Source of the DNA: a virus
Taxonomy: Duplodnaviria; Heunggongvirae; Uroviricota; Caudoviricetes
Reading direction: 5' to 3' (one strand)
IMG/VR virus record: IMGVR_UViG_3300029888_000103
DNA length: 35,877 bases
A program made the position numbers and the translations under genes. Shown one piece after another: positions 18,849-27,282 of the stretch. The notes beneath the pieces were generated by a model. It was not told the DNA's origin. It was given only the letters and a program-made list of their open reading frames with translations, and ran no database searches. The number at the start of each line of letters is the position of its first letter. Position 1 is the first letter of the stretch.

Positions 18849-19375
18849 CAGATAAGCTCCACTGTGCAGTGCGGCGCATCCTGCACCCGGCTGATGGCCC
18901 AGCGGGCGTCACGCCATAAATTACCGCTTGCTTCCGCCAGTTCCTCGCCCCGCTTCACACCGGATGCCGTGGCGTCATAGTCCTGGTAACGTTCGTTGAG
19001 CATGGCGCGTGCCCAGCAGTAAACCGCGTTGAAATAGTGCTGAATGCGCTCACTTTTGCCGTCCAGTTGTTCCGCCGGAACCTCTGCCAGCGAGGCATAC
19101 CCCAGCATCTGCTGGCGTCTGCGAAACTCATACAGCTCAGCGTTGACCTCCGAAATTGCCGACAGGGCAACCTGTTTTAAACGCGGCTGCGTCACCGTGC
19201 CGTCAGTGCGCATGACACTGCGAAACTCCGACAGGTCCACATCAGGCCAGAACGGCGTATTTCTGATGATTTCCGCCTGTTCCGGTGCCTGTTCTGGCGC
19301 AACAAACTTCATGCTGCTTTCTCCTGAAATAGAGGGCGGTGGACGGGGTTTTGATGTGGCGGTGCCTTTCGCCAC
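18848..19375 (-). CDS. L: head completion protein gpL
   Basis: Position between M and X; the true start may be the internal MKFVAPEQ (about 19312). Confidence 0.82.
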   Translation of the reverse strand: MAKGTATSKPRPPPSISGESSMKFVAPEQAPEQAEIIRNTPFWPDVDLSEFRSVMRTDGTVTQPRLKQVALSAISEVNAELYEFRRRQQMLGYASLAEVPAEQLDGKSERIQHYFNAVYCWARAMLNERYQDYDATASGVKRGEELAEASGNLWRDARWAISRVQDAPHCTVELI

Positions 19376-19407
19376 CCCGTGCCGCCCGTGCGCGGGGGCA
19401 CGTTCTG

Positions 19408-20058
19408 TCAGCGGCTGTCATTGCGCAGTCTGCGCTCCAGCTGCTGTTTGTCTTTTTTCACGCCACAGCGGGGATCGAGCTGTAACGCATGGTTGAGATG
19501 ATTAAGGGCGGAAGCCGGATTGCTTTCACTCAGGACAGCGCCAATCGCTTTATGCAGACGCGCCCGTGACTGGTCCGGCATATCCAGACCGTCTGTCAGC
19601 TCCAGCGTCTGCAGCAACAGATCGGCATCAAAGCCGGTGGCGGCAAGCATTGCGCTCTGCGCTGCATCTGCCATTTCCTCTGCCAGCACGGTCTGCACGT
19701 TGCGGTTACCCAGCGGCATCACCCAACCATGACGCAGGGCATGACGCCCGATCTCCAGCGCCCCGGCATAATCTCCGGCATCAATGCGCCACAGCATCAC
19801 GTACATCAGCACGTCATCCTGTTGAGCGCCTCCGGCAGCCAGGACGCCCTCCGCCCAGGCGGCATATTTCGGCAGCAGCTCCACCTTTATTTCCGCTTTT
19901 TTCACCGTGGACTGAACGCCCTTGAGACGGCGGCGGTCCTCCGCCAGTTGCAGCAGCATCAGGTCATAGCCCGACGCGTGGCGAACGCTGCCGCCTTCGC
20001 GGGCGGCCTGTTCAGCCTGAACGCGCAGGCGATGCTGCCGTGCGGGACTCAGGCTCAT
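19408..20058 (-). CDS. M: terminase small (endonuclease) subunit gpM
   Basis: 216 aa; position between N and L. Confidence 0.85.
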   Translation of the reverse strand: MSLSPARQHRLRVQAEQAAREGGSVRHASGYDLMLLQLAEDRRRLKGVQSTVKKAEIKVELLPKYAAWAEGVLAAGGAQQDDVLMYVMLWRIDAGDYAGALEIGRHALRHGWVMPLGNRNVQTVLAEEMADAAQSAMLAATGFDADLLLQTLELTDGLDMPDQSRARLHKAIGAVLSESNPASALNHLNHALQLDPRCGVKKDKQQLERRLRNDSR

Positions 20059-20061
20059 GGT

Positions 20062-21120
20062 TTACGCTCCGGCTTCTGCTGCGGCGGCGCTGAAGTCGCC
20101 AATCTGGATGTTTTCCACCAGTGCGGCGCAGCGGTAGTCCTCAACCACGTAGGCTTCGTTAACGGATTCAAAATTTTCAATCCGGTCACGTTTCGGGTTG
20201 TCGATAACTGAACGGCGGCGGGTGTCTTCCTGCCAGTAGATGGACAAGTTATCCAAACGGGTGATCAGCAGCGCATTCGGCGGGAAGAACGGCGCACGCA
20301 CGGCCTGCAGACCGCCCATGCGTTTCTGACTGATAATCATATCGGCTGCCAATTTTTCACTGTTTTCCTGCTCTTTGTTGACCAGCGGGAAATACTTGTC
20401 AGACAGCAGTTCACGACCGCAAATCACCACCAGATCGTCATCGTCCTGGTAGACCACGTCGATAAGCTCATTGACCGCATCCATCACCACAGCGTCCAGG
20501 TTGGCATATTCGCCACCTTTCCCGACTTTCACCGCACCCGGTGTGGTTTCGCCGCCCGTGGTGGTGCTGCCCATGACGTGATCCGGTGCATCCTCACGGA
20601 TTTTCTGCAGCCAGCCTTTGTTCACATCCTGCAGCAGCGGGTTTTCACTACGGTTGGAGGTTTTCGCACGCTTCACGCCGTTAAAGCCGATCATGATGCG
20701 GTCCAGTGCCTGACGTTTCACGATGGCGTCACGGATACGCACCTGGAAATCCTGAAACTTCGCCCACAGGTCCAGCTTCGCGTAGGTCAGCACCGTGTCA
20801 AAGTTGGTCTGCTCGCATTTATATTCCACATCGACCATCAGCGTCGGATCGACAGGTTCACGCTCTTTCGCGGTGGTGTCAGTGGTTCCGGCAATGGTGC
20901 TGCCAACACCCAGCCCCAGCAGCTGACCAGACTGCTCAGTCACTGGCGTGACGTTAATCAGCGTCAGGAAAGCGGCGGACTGCTGGATCTGGTCTTCCAG
21001 CGTCTGCTGCACAGACGGCTCCACAGTGAATTTGCTGGACAGTTCTTCAACTGCCACACCGTTCAGACGCGCCAGCTGCTGCAGGTAAGCGTTAAAAGCA
21101 AAGCGGGTATTCTTCTTCAT
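20062..21120 (-). CDS. N: major capsid protein gpN
   Basis: 352 aa; position after the scaffold gene. Confidence 0.9.
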   Translation of the reverse strand: MKKNTRFAFNAYLQQLARLNGVAVEELSSKFTVEPSVQQTLEDQIQQSAAFLTLINVTPVTEQSGQLLGLGVGSTIAGTTDTTAKEREPVDPTLMVDVEYKCEQTNFDTVLTYAKLDLWAKFQDFQVRIRDAIVKRQALDRIMIGFNGVKRAKTSNRSENPLLQDVNKGWLQKIREDAPDHVMGSTTTGGETTPGAVKVGKGGEYANLDAVVMDAVNELIDVVYQDDDDLVVICGRELLSDKYFPLVNKEQENSEKLAADMIISQKRMGGLQAVRAPFFPPNALLITRLDNLSIYWQEDTRRRSVIDNPKRDRIENFESVNEAYVVEDYRCAALVENIQIGDFSAAAAEAGA

Positions 21121-21136
21121 CGGGTTTTGTGCTCCA

Positions 21137-21970
21137 TCAGCAATTGGTCAGAGTGTCAGCGGGGGTGTTACCGCCTGTTGCACGCTGGCGGTAGTCCTGG
21201 CGGCTGTCTTCATGACTCAGCTTATTCACCAGTTCGTTAAAGGCGGTCTGCTGTGCCTGCAGGGCAGTCTCCAGCTCAGACAGACGTTCTTCCTGCTCAG
21301 ACAGGGATTTTTCGGTGCGTGCGCTCAGGTTCTGCTGCTCAGTGGCGACCAGCTCCACGGCCTTATGCACATCAGAGAACCTGGCATCGTCGGACTGCTC
21401 TTTTTTGGTGAACAGCGCCGTGACGCGGGCAAACAGGGACGGCTTGTCCTCCTGGATTTCTTCCAGTTCGATCACCGTTTCCTCTGCAGCGGTAAAGAGA
21501 TTGGCAGGATTCTGCTTGCGGTTTGCCAGCGGGTTATGGGCTGCACTGGCGCTGAATGTCAGCATTTCCGTACCCAGACTGGCAGGGTCATCAGTGGCAG
21601 CCAGGCCGACCAGGTAGGCTTTGCCCGTATCAGCAAACTTCGGGCTGACTTCCATAGAGGTGAATAATTTCTGGCCTTTTTTCACCAGTTCCACCAGGGA
21701 CTCCGTTGGCTCAACGTCGGCATACAGTGCCATCTTGCCTGCCAGCGGACCTTCCGTGATTTCTTCAGCAAACAGCGCCGTCACCTTGCCGTAGCGGTTA
21801 AAGGTGCTGTCCGGAAGATAAGACTTGATGTGCTCAAGGTTAATCAGCGCGGTGTACACCGCCGGATTGTAGCTGGCTGCCATCTGTTCCAGCCATTCAC
21901 GCTGGATTTCGCGTCCGTCGGTAGTGGCACCTTCCACCCCGATACGAAAACGCTTTGCTTTCACTGTCAT
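21137..21970 (-). CDS. O: capsid scaffolding protein gpO
   Basis: 277 aa; first gene of the O-N-M-L operon, divergent from P; coiled-coil C-terminal region. Confidence 0.88.
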   Translation of the reverse strand: MTVKAKRFRIGVEGATTDGREIQREWLEQMAASYNPAVYTALINLEHIKSYLPDSTFNRYGKVTALFAEEITEGPLAGKMALYADVEPTESLVELVKKGQKLFTSMEVSPKFADTGKAYLVGLAATDDPASLGTEMLTFSASAAHNPLANRKQNPANLFTAAEETVIELEEIQEDKPSLFARVTALFTKKEQSDDARFSDVHKAVELVATEQQNLSARTEKSLSEQEERLSELETALQAQQTAFNELVNKLSHEDSRQDYRQRATGGNTPADTLTNC

Positions 21971-22048
21971 GAGCCGTGCTCCGTTAGAAAAAACTTACTG
22001 GAGCCTTATGGTTGCGGTGATGTGGGCAGTGAAACAATGCGCGGTATT

Positions 22049-22066
22049 TGTACCGACAACCACACA
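22049..22066. promoter_or_regulatory. late-promoter activator site (TGT-N12-ACA) in the O/P divergent region
   Basis: TGTaccgacaaccacACA; a second, imperfect copy (TGTgggcagtgaaacAAT, 22021-22038) is positioned for the opposite promoter. Confidence 0.55.
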
Positions 22067-22112
22067 AACCGCAGGCGGGGAAAGCCTTCATTCAAGGCTG
22101 TAGGTTTGTGCC

Positions 22113-23879
22113 ATGAACACCACACTGACACCCGCAGATCTCGATCCCCGTCGGCAGGCCATGCTGCTCTACTTTCAGGGATACCGCGTAGCCCGCATTG
22201 CTGAAATGCTGGGCGAGAAAGTTGCAACCGTTCACAGCTGGAAAAAACGCGACAAGTGGGGTGACTATGGGCCGCTGGATCAGATGCAGCTCACCACCAC
22301 CGCACGCTACTGCCAGCTCATTATGAAGGAGCACAAAGAAGGGAAAGATTTCAAAGAGATTGACCTGCTGGCGCGCCAGTCGGAACGCCACGCGCGGATC
22401 GGCAAGTTTAACAATGGCGGCAACGAAGCCGACTTAAACCCTAACGTCGCCAACCGCAACAAAGGCCCACGCCGTCAGCCGGAAAAGAACGTTTTCACCG
22501 ATGAACAGATTGAGAAGCTGGAAGAAATCTTCCATTCCTCCATGTTCAACTACCAGCGCCACTGGTGGGAAGCTGGAAAAACCAACCGCATCCGCAACCT
22601 GCTGAAGTCACGCCAGATCGGCGCGACCTTTTACTTTGCCCGTGAAGCCCTGATTGACGCCCTGCTTACCGGACGTAACCAGATTTTCCTTTCCGCCAGT
22701 AAGGCACAGGCTCACGTCTTTAAGCAGTACATCATCGACTTCGCTAAAGAAGTGGAGGTGGAGCTGAAAGGCGATCCGATGGTGCTTCCTAACGGGGCCA
22801 CGCTTTACTTCCTCGGCACCAATGCCCGCACGGCCCAGAGTTATCACGGCAACCTGTATCTGGATGAATATTTCTGGATACCGAAATTCCAGGAGCTGCG
22901 CAAAGTGGCTTCCGGTATGGCTATTCACAAAAAATGGCGACAAACCTATTTTTCCACGCCATCCAGCCTGACACACAGTGCTTATCCGTTCTGGTCCGGT
23001 GCGCTGTTCAACCGTGGGCGCAACAAAGCCGATAAGGTGGACATCGACCTGTCCCACAGCAATCTGGCCCCCGGCCTGCTGTGCGCAGACGGGCAATACC
23101 GCCAGATAGTCACCGTGGAAGATGCGGTGCGCGGCGGCTGTAACCTGTTCGACCTTGACCAGTTGCGCATGGAATACAGCCCGGACGAATACCAGAACCT
23201 GCTGATGTGTGAGTTCGTGGACGATCTCGCGTCCGTGTTCCCGCTCAGCGAGCTGCAGGCGTGTATGGTGGACAGCTGGGAAGTCTGGACCGACTTTCAT
23301 GCACTGGCCCTGCGCCCGTTTGGCTGGCGCGAAGTGTGGATCGGTTATGACCCGGCAAAAGGTACGCAGAACGGCGACAGCGCCGGATGCGTGGTGGTGG
23401 CACCGCCAGCCGTGCCGGGCGGTAAGTTCCGCATTCTTGAGCGTCATCAGTGGCGCGGAATGGACTTCCGCGCCCAGGCTGACGCCATCAAAAAACTGAC
23501 CGAACAGTATAACGTGACCTATATCGGCATCGACTCGACCGGCGTCGGTCACGGGGTTTACGAGAACGTGAAAGCGTTTTTTCCTGCCGTCAGGGAGTTT
23601 GTCTACAACCCCAACGTTAAAAACGCCCTGGTACTCAAGGCCTACGACATTATCAGCCACCGCCGTCTGGAGTTTGACGCCGGGCACACCGACATTGCGC
23701 AGTCATTTATGGCAATCCGTCGCGCCACCACCGCCAGCGGCAACCGCCCGACCTATGAAGCCAGTCGCAGCGAAGAAGCCAGCCACGCCGATCTGGCCTG
23801 GGCAACGATGCACGCATTGTTTAACGAACCGCTGCAGGGCGAATCCGCCAATACCAGCAATATTGTGGAGATTTTTTGA
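22113..23879 (+). CDS. P: terminase large (ATPase) subunit gpP
   Basis: 588 aa; divergent from O; position and length fit P2 gpP. Confidence 0.9.
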   Translation: MNTTLTPADLDPRRQAMLLYFQGYRVARIAEMLGEKVATVHSWKKRDKWGDYGPLDQMQLTTTARYCQLIMKEHKEGKDFKEIDLLARQSERHARIGKFNNGGNEADLNPNVANRNKGPRRQPEKNVFTDEQIEKLEEIFHSSMFNYQRHWWEAGKTNRIRNLLKSRQIGATFYFAREALIDALLTGRNQIFLSASKAQAHVFKQYIIDFAKEVEVELKGDPMVLPNGATLYFLGTNARTAQSYHGNLYLDEYFWIPKFQELRKVASGMAIHKKWRQTYFSTPSSLTHSAYPFWSGALFNRGRNKADKVDIDLSHSNLAPGLLCADGQYRQIVTVEDAVRGGCNLFDLDQLRMEYSPDEYQNLLMCEFVDDLASVFPLSELQACMVDSWEVWTDFHALALRPFGWREVWIGYDPAKGTQNGDSAGCVVVAPPAVPGGKFRILERHQWRGMDFRAQADAIKKLTEQYNVTYIGIDSTGVGHGVYENVKAFFPAVREFVYNPNVKNALVLKAYDIISHRRLEFDAGHTDIAQSFMAIRRATTASGNRPTYEASRSEEASHADLAWATMHALFNEPLQGESANTSNIVEIF

Positions 23880-24904
23880 TGGGAAAGAGTAAGAAGAACC
23901 GCGCTGCGTCACAGAACCAGACCCAGCATAAAAGCCAGACTTCAGCCGAAGCATTCAGCTTTGGCGATCCCATTCCTGTACTGGACCGCCGCGAACTGCT
24001 GGACTATGTGGAATGCGTACAGACGGATCGCTGGTATGAGCCCCCCGTAAGTTTTGACGGACTGGCGCGAACATTCCGCGCTGCCGTACACCACAGCTCA
24101 CCGATCGCAGTGAAATGCAACATTCTGACCAGCACCTACATCCCTCACCCGCTGCTCAGCCAGCAGGCTTTTTCGCGTTTTGTGCAGGACTATCTGGTTT
24201 TTGGTAACGCCTACCTGGAGAAACGCACGAACCGCTTCGGTGAAGTTATCGCCCTTGAGCCTACACTGGCAAAATACACCCGACGCGGGTTAGACCTGGA
24301 TACCTACTGGTTTGTGCAATACGGTATGACAACCCAGCCGTATCAGTTCACGAAAGGCAGCATTTTTCATCTGATGGAACCGGACATTAACCAGGAGATC
24401 TACGGCCTGCCCGGTTATCTTTCTGCCATTCCGTCAGCTCTGCTCAACGAGTCCGCCACGCTGTTCCGCCGCAAGTATTACATTAACGGCAGTCATGCAG
24501 GCTTCATCATGTACATGACCGATGCTGCGCAGAACCAGGAGGACGTGAACAACCTTCGCAATGCGATGAAAAGTGCCAAAGGACCAGGTAACTTCCGCAA
24601 TCTGTTCATGTACTCGCCTAACGGCAAAAAGGACGGGCTTCAGATCATCCCGTTGTCAGAAGTCGCGGCGAAGGATGAGTTTCTGAATATCAAAAATGTC
24701 AGCCGCGATGACATGATGGCTGCGCACCGTGTACCGCCACAAATGATGGGAATCATGCCGAGTAATGTTGGGGGATTTGGTGATGTTGAAAAAGCCAGCC
24801 GCGTCTTTGTCCGCAACGAACTGATGCCGTTACAGAAGCGACTGCAGGAGCTTAACGACTGGCTGGGCGAAGAAATAATTCGCTTCGAACCTTATATGTA
24901 TTAG
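23876..24904 (+). CDS. Q: portal protein gpQ
   Basis: 342 aa; start overlaps the P stop (ATGA); last structural gene before cos. Confidence 0.9.
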   Translation: MMGKSKKNRAASQNQTQHKSQTSAEAFSFGDPIPVLDRRELLDYVECVQTDRWYEPPVSFDGLARTFRAAVHHSSPIAVKCNILTSTYIPHPLLSQQAFSRFVQDYLVFGNAYLEKRTNRFGEVIALEPTLAKYTRRGLDLDTYWFVQYGMTTQPYQFTKGSIFHLMEPDINQEIYGLPGYLSAIPSALLNESATLFRRKYYINGSHAGFIMYMTDAAQNQEDVNNLRNAMKSAKGPGNFRNLFMYSPNGKKDGLQIIPLSEVAAKDEFLNIKNVSRDDMMAAHRVPPQMMGIMPSNVGGFGDVEKASRVFVRNELMPLQKRLQELNDWLGEEIIRFEPYMY

Positions 24905-24921
24905 ATATAGATTAGGCTCAG

Positions 24922-24955
24922 AAAGCGCCTGCTACTGCAGGCGCTTTGTTTACTC
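24922..24955 (+). terminator. intrinsic terminator after Q
   Basis: 11-bp perfect stem AAAGCGCCTGC-tact-GCAGGCGCTTT followed by a T-rich stretch; overlaps the stop of the convergent 97-aa ORF. Confidence 0.65.
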
Positions 24956-25243
24956 TTTAACAAGTGTGCCCCATACCGAGTCTTCAACCTCTTCAACAAC
25001 AATATTGATGTTGCAAATAACATGGTCTTCACTTACTCGAGTATATCTGAATAACCTTGATTTCACTTTCCCACCAAACGACTCACGGTCTTTATTGTTG
25101 GTAATGTCGACATAATCCCCAACATTCGGAAGCATCAGGAGTGGATTGTCTTCCGAAGAACATCTTACAATCTCTCCATCATCAAGAGGTCGCGTATCCC
25201 CTTTACGTAAGTATTGAAAGTCATAGTTGTATATGGTTTTCAT
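24950..25243 (-). CDS. hypothetical 97-aa protein (cargo between cos and Q)
   Basis: ATG with an AGGA Shine-Dalgarno sequence; AT-rich ORF with no recognisable motif; convergent with Q. Confidence 0.5.
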   Translation of the reverse strand: MKTIYNYDFQYLRKGDTRPLDDGEIVRCSSEDNPLLMLPNVGDYVDITNNKDRESFGGKVKSRLFRYTRVSEDHVICNINIVVEEVEDSVWGTLVKE

Positions 25244-25419
25244 TGTCTATCCTTTTGAAATTAACATCGCTGACGTATGTTGTTTCACAGTTCCATTTCC
25301 ACATTAAGTCAATGAAATCAACATCATTTAATGTGTGCCAATATAGTGCAACACGATCCCGAAAACTTCAAATCAATCTCTCCAATACGCGGGATTATTA
25401 CTTTTTCGCCCCGTTACGC

Positions 25420-25445
25420 GCGCTCGTATCCCCGCCACGCCTGCC
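25420..25445 (-). other. probable cohesive-end (cos) site
   Basis: Minus strand reads GGCGTGGCGGGGATACGAG; its first 13 nt match my recollection of the 186/P2 19-nt cohesive end (GGCGTGGCGGGGAAAGCAT / GGCGAGGCGGGGAAAGCAC); lies in the 370-bp non-coding gap on the Q side of the accessory locus, the expected place. Confidence 0.5.
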
Positions 25446-25613
25446 CGCTTTATGTAGTGGTTTTCATGCGCCTGCATGACATAAGCAAAGGCCCGCCATT
25501 CCTAGCGGGCCTCAGCTAAAACGATCCTCAAACGATCATGCGGATTCATGCGGCATAGTCATGCACTTGTGTGGTTACGAAGGAATATAGTTGCGAAAAT
25601 CGATTAAAATGCC

Positions 25614-26486
25614 TTAAGCTCTCTTAATCAACCCCTTATGCGTTGCTTTGGTAAGATAAGCTAATTCTTTAGGCCCCTTATCTCTAAAGCCCACCCATTC
25701 TGGTTGGAATTTTATAAAACTTGGAATTGCGGTTGCCAAGGCTGTAACCATACCGGGAATAATACCGCCTGAATCACCAGCAATAGCAGCATGGTACAAC
25801 GGTTTTAAAAATTCCATAACCTGCCCACCATCTACTTCTGGATTAACTTTGACTCCCATTCTGATAGGATTTCTCCATTTCCCTTCGATAGCTTTATCAA
25901 GATTAACTACAGCCTCTTGTAATAAAGAAAAATTTTTAGCCCTCGTTAGATTAGGGTCTCTAGAATAAAGGACTTCAGTATACAGTTTTTCTAAGTACTC
26001 ATGTAACGCATTAAGATCATCCTGACAATCATCTTTAAAACGTAATATATCTTCTATATGAGCATCTTTATCAGGAATTCTCAGAACATTAAACAACTCC
26101 AATCTCAACTGAAGGGCCGTTTTCTGTTCTTTATCATATATTAAATTCTCCCCTGTTTGATGAAAGTGCCAATAAGTAGCAGGCTCGTTCTTCCTGAATT
26201 CATCCAATGTCTGCAACTGAAATTCCGTATATAAAAATGGAAAGTCTTGGATATTCAGCATACCATCATGTTTCATAATAGGTCTACGTAATACCCCATT
26301 ATCTAATAATTCTTTTTCTTTAGGCACAATCGAGTGAATATTTTCACTATCTAGAATAACCACATCATCCCAGTAAAAGCAGAAATAATTAATATCCTGC
26401 TCAGTTAAACCTGCCCCAAGATAGACCGTACTATTATTTCTATGAAAACTCATTTCATTAGGATTAGCTACAATGCCACGTTTCAT
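25614..26486 (-). CDS. uncharacterised 290-aa protein in the old/tin-equivalent accessory slot
   Basis: ATG at 26486 with a strong AAGGAG Shine-Dalgarno sequence (the ORF-track start at 26510 is a GTG); AT-rich; hydrophobic C-terminal segment (DSGGIIPGMVTALATAIPSFI); no motif I can assign. Confidence 0.6.
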   Translation of the reverse strand: MKRGIVANPNEMSFHRNNSTVYLGAGLTEQDINYFCFYWDDVVILDSENIHSIVPKEKELLDNGVLRRPIMKHDGMLNIQDFPFLYTEFQLQTLDEFRKNEPATYWHFHQTGENLIYDKEQKTALQLRLELFNVLRIPDKDAHIEDILRFKDDCQDDLNALHEYLEKLYTEVLYSRDPNLTRAKNFSLLQEAVVNLDKAIEGKWRNPIRMGVKVNPEVDGGQVMEFLKPLYHAAIAGDSGGIIPGMVTALATAIPSFIKFQPEWVGFRDKGPKELAYLTKATHKGLIKRA

Positions 26487-26697
26487 TCTTGCTCCTTGAT
26501 AAGCATACACATTTTAAGAATGACATATATTCTAATAATTTCAATACATTATGAGTTATAACTAAAAGTGCAGCATAGGTCTCGCCCTGATAGATAATCA
26601 AGTGATTACTGTCTTTTTACTTATGGTTAACGCCTCTCAAGGCTCGCGGTTCAACCTTGCTGACGCCAGAAGCAGGTTCAGACGCCAGCAACGTTTC

Positions 26698-26931
26698 TTA
26701 ATGCAACCAGCTGTCGTCTTCCCACACCTTCTGCATAATTTTCATCACTTGTTTTCTTTCTTCGTCCAGTTGCAATCCGGTAAGTTCCACACCGTTAGAG
26801 CTACCTTTGCGGATACGAATTACCGTTTTGGGATACAGGGGGCGCAGATTGCGGTAAAGCTCGGATTCAAGGGCGTCCAGTGTAGACTGGCTAATCTTCT
26901 GCTCTTTATCGATCATTATTTCAATGCGCAT
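26698..26931 (-). CDS. DinI-family protein (Tum C-terminal-like)
   Basis: 77 aa from MRIEIMIDKEQKISQSTLDALESELYRNLRPLYPKTVIRIRKGSSNGVELTG...WEDDSWLH, which parallels E. coli DinI (MRIEVTIAK...); GAGGTG Shine-Dalgarno sequence before the ATG at 26931. Confidence 0.75.
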   Translation of the reverse strand: MRIEIMIDKEQKISQSTLDALESELYRNLRPLYPKTVIRIRKGSSNGVELTGLQLDEERKQVMKIMQKVWEDDSWLH

Positions 26932-26941
26932 AAAAGTCACC

Positions 26942-27130
26942 TCAGCTGATGACATCCATTGAGCGGTTGTATTCGTGGGTTCTGATTTTTGCCATGAGTT
27001 CATCTGTCAGTTCAGAAACCCACTGCAGAGCCAGCCCCTTCTCTTCATCACTACACTCACTAGCCGCTACAAGCTTAAGAAAAAAATCAATGCGCTGGAG
27101 CTTCAAAGACTCCAAAAAATAGTCCTGCAT
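26942..27130 (-). CDS. small ORF (62 aa), possible N-terminal part of a Tum-like antirepressor
   Basis: ATG at 27130 preceded by AGGAGGAAAG; a LexA box lies 40-60 bp upstream; its 3' end overlaps the DinI-like frame. Confidence 0.5.
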   Translation of the reverse strand: MQDYFLESLKLQRIDFFLKLVAASECSDEEKGLALQWVSELTDELMAKIRTHEYNRSMDVIS

Positions 27131-27170
27131 CTTTCCTCCTATGACACCAAAGCAATACTGTATACATAAC

Positions 27171-27190
27171 CACTGTTTATATTTACAGTA
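27171..27190. promoter_or_regulatory. LexA operator (SOS box)
   Basis: cACTGTttatatttACAGTA = CTGT-N8-ACAG with an AT-rich spacer, matching the TACTGT(AT)4ACAGTA consensus; an additional half-site-like TACTGTATAC lies at about 27155-27168. Confidence 0.7.
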
Positions 27191-27282
27191 TATAATAATC
27201 TTACTGATGTAAAACGTTTTTTTACGCTCATCAGCCTGATATGCCTGGTATTATTAAGAGCACGAATTGTTAACCCGCGTAA

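Noticed and set aside
20578-21240. 220-aa plus-strand ORF
   Set aside because: Antisense to the capsid gene N and the scaffold gene O
22608-23687. 359-aa minus-strand ORF
   Set aside because: Antisense inside the terminase large-subunit gene P; low-complexity translation
26602-26949. 115-aa plus-strand ORF opposite the DinI-like gene
   Set aside because: Antisense to a gene with clear DinI-family similarity and a strong ribosome-binding site; no signals of its own
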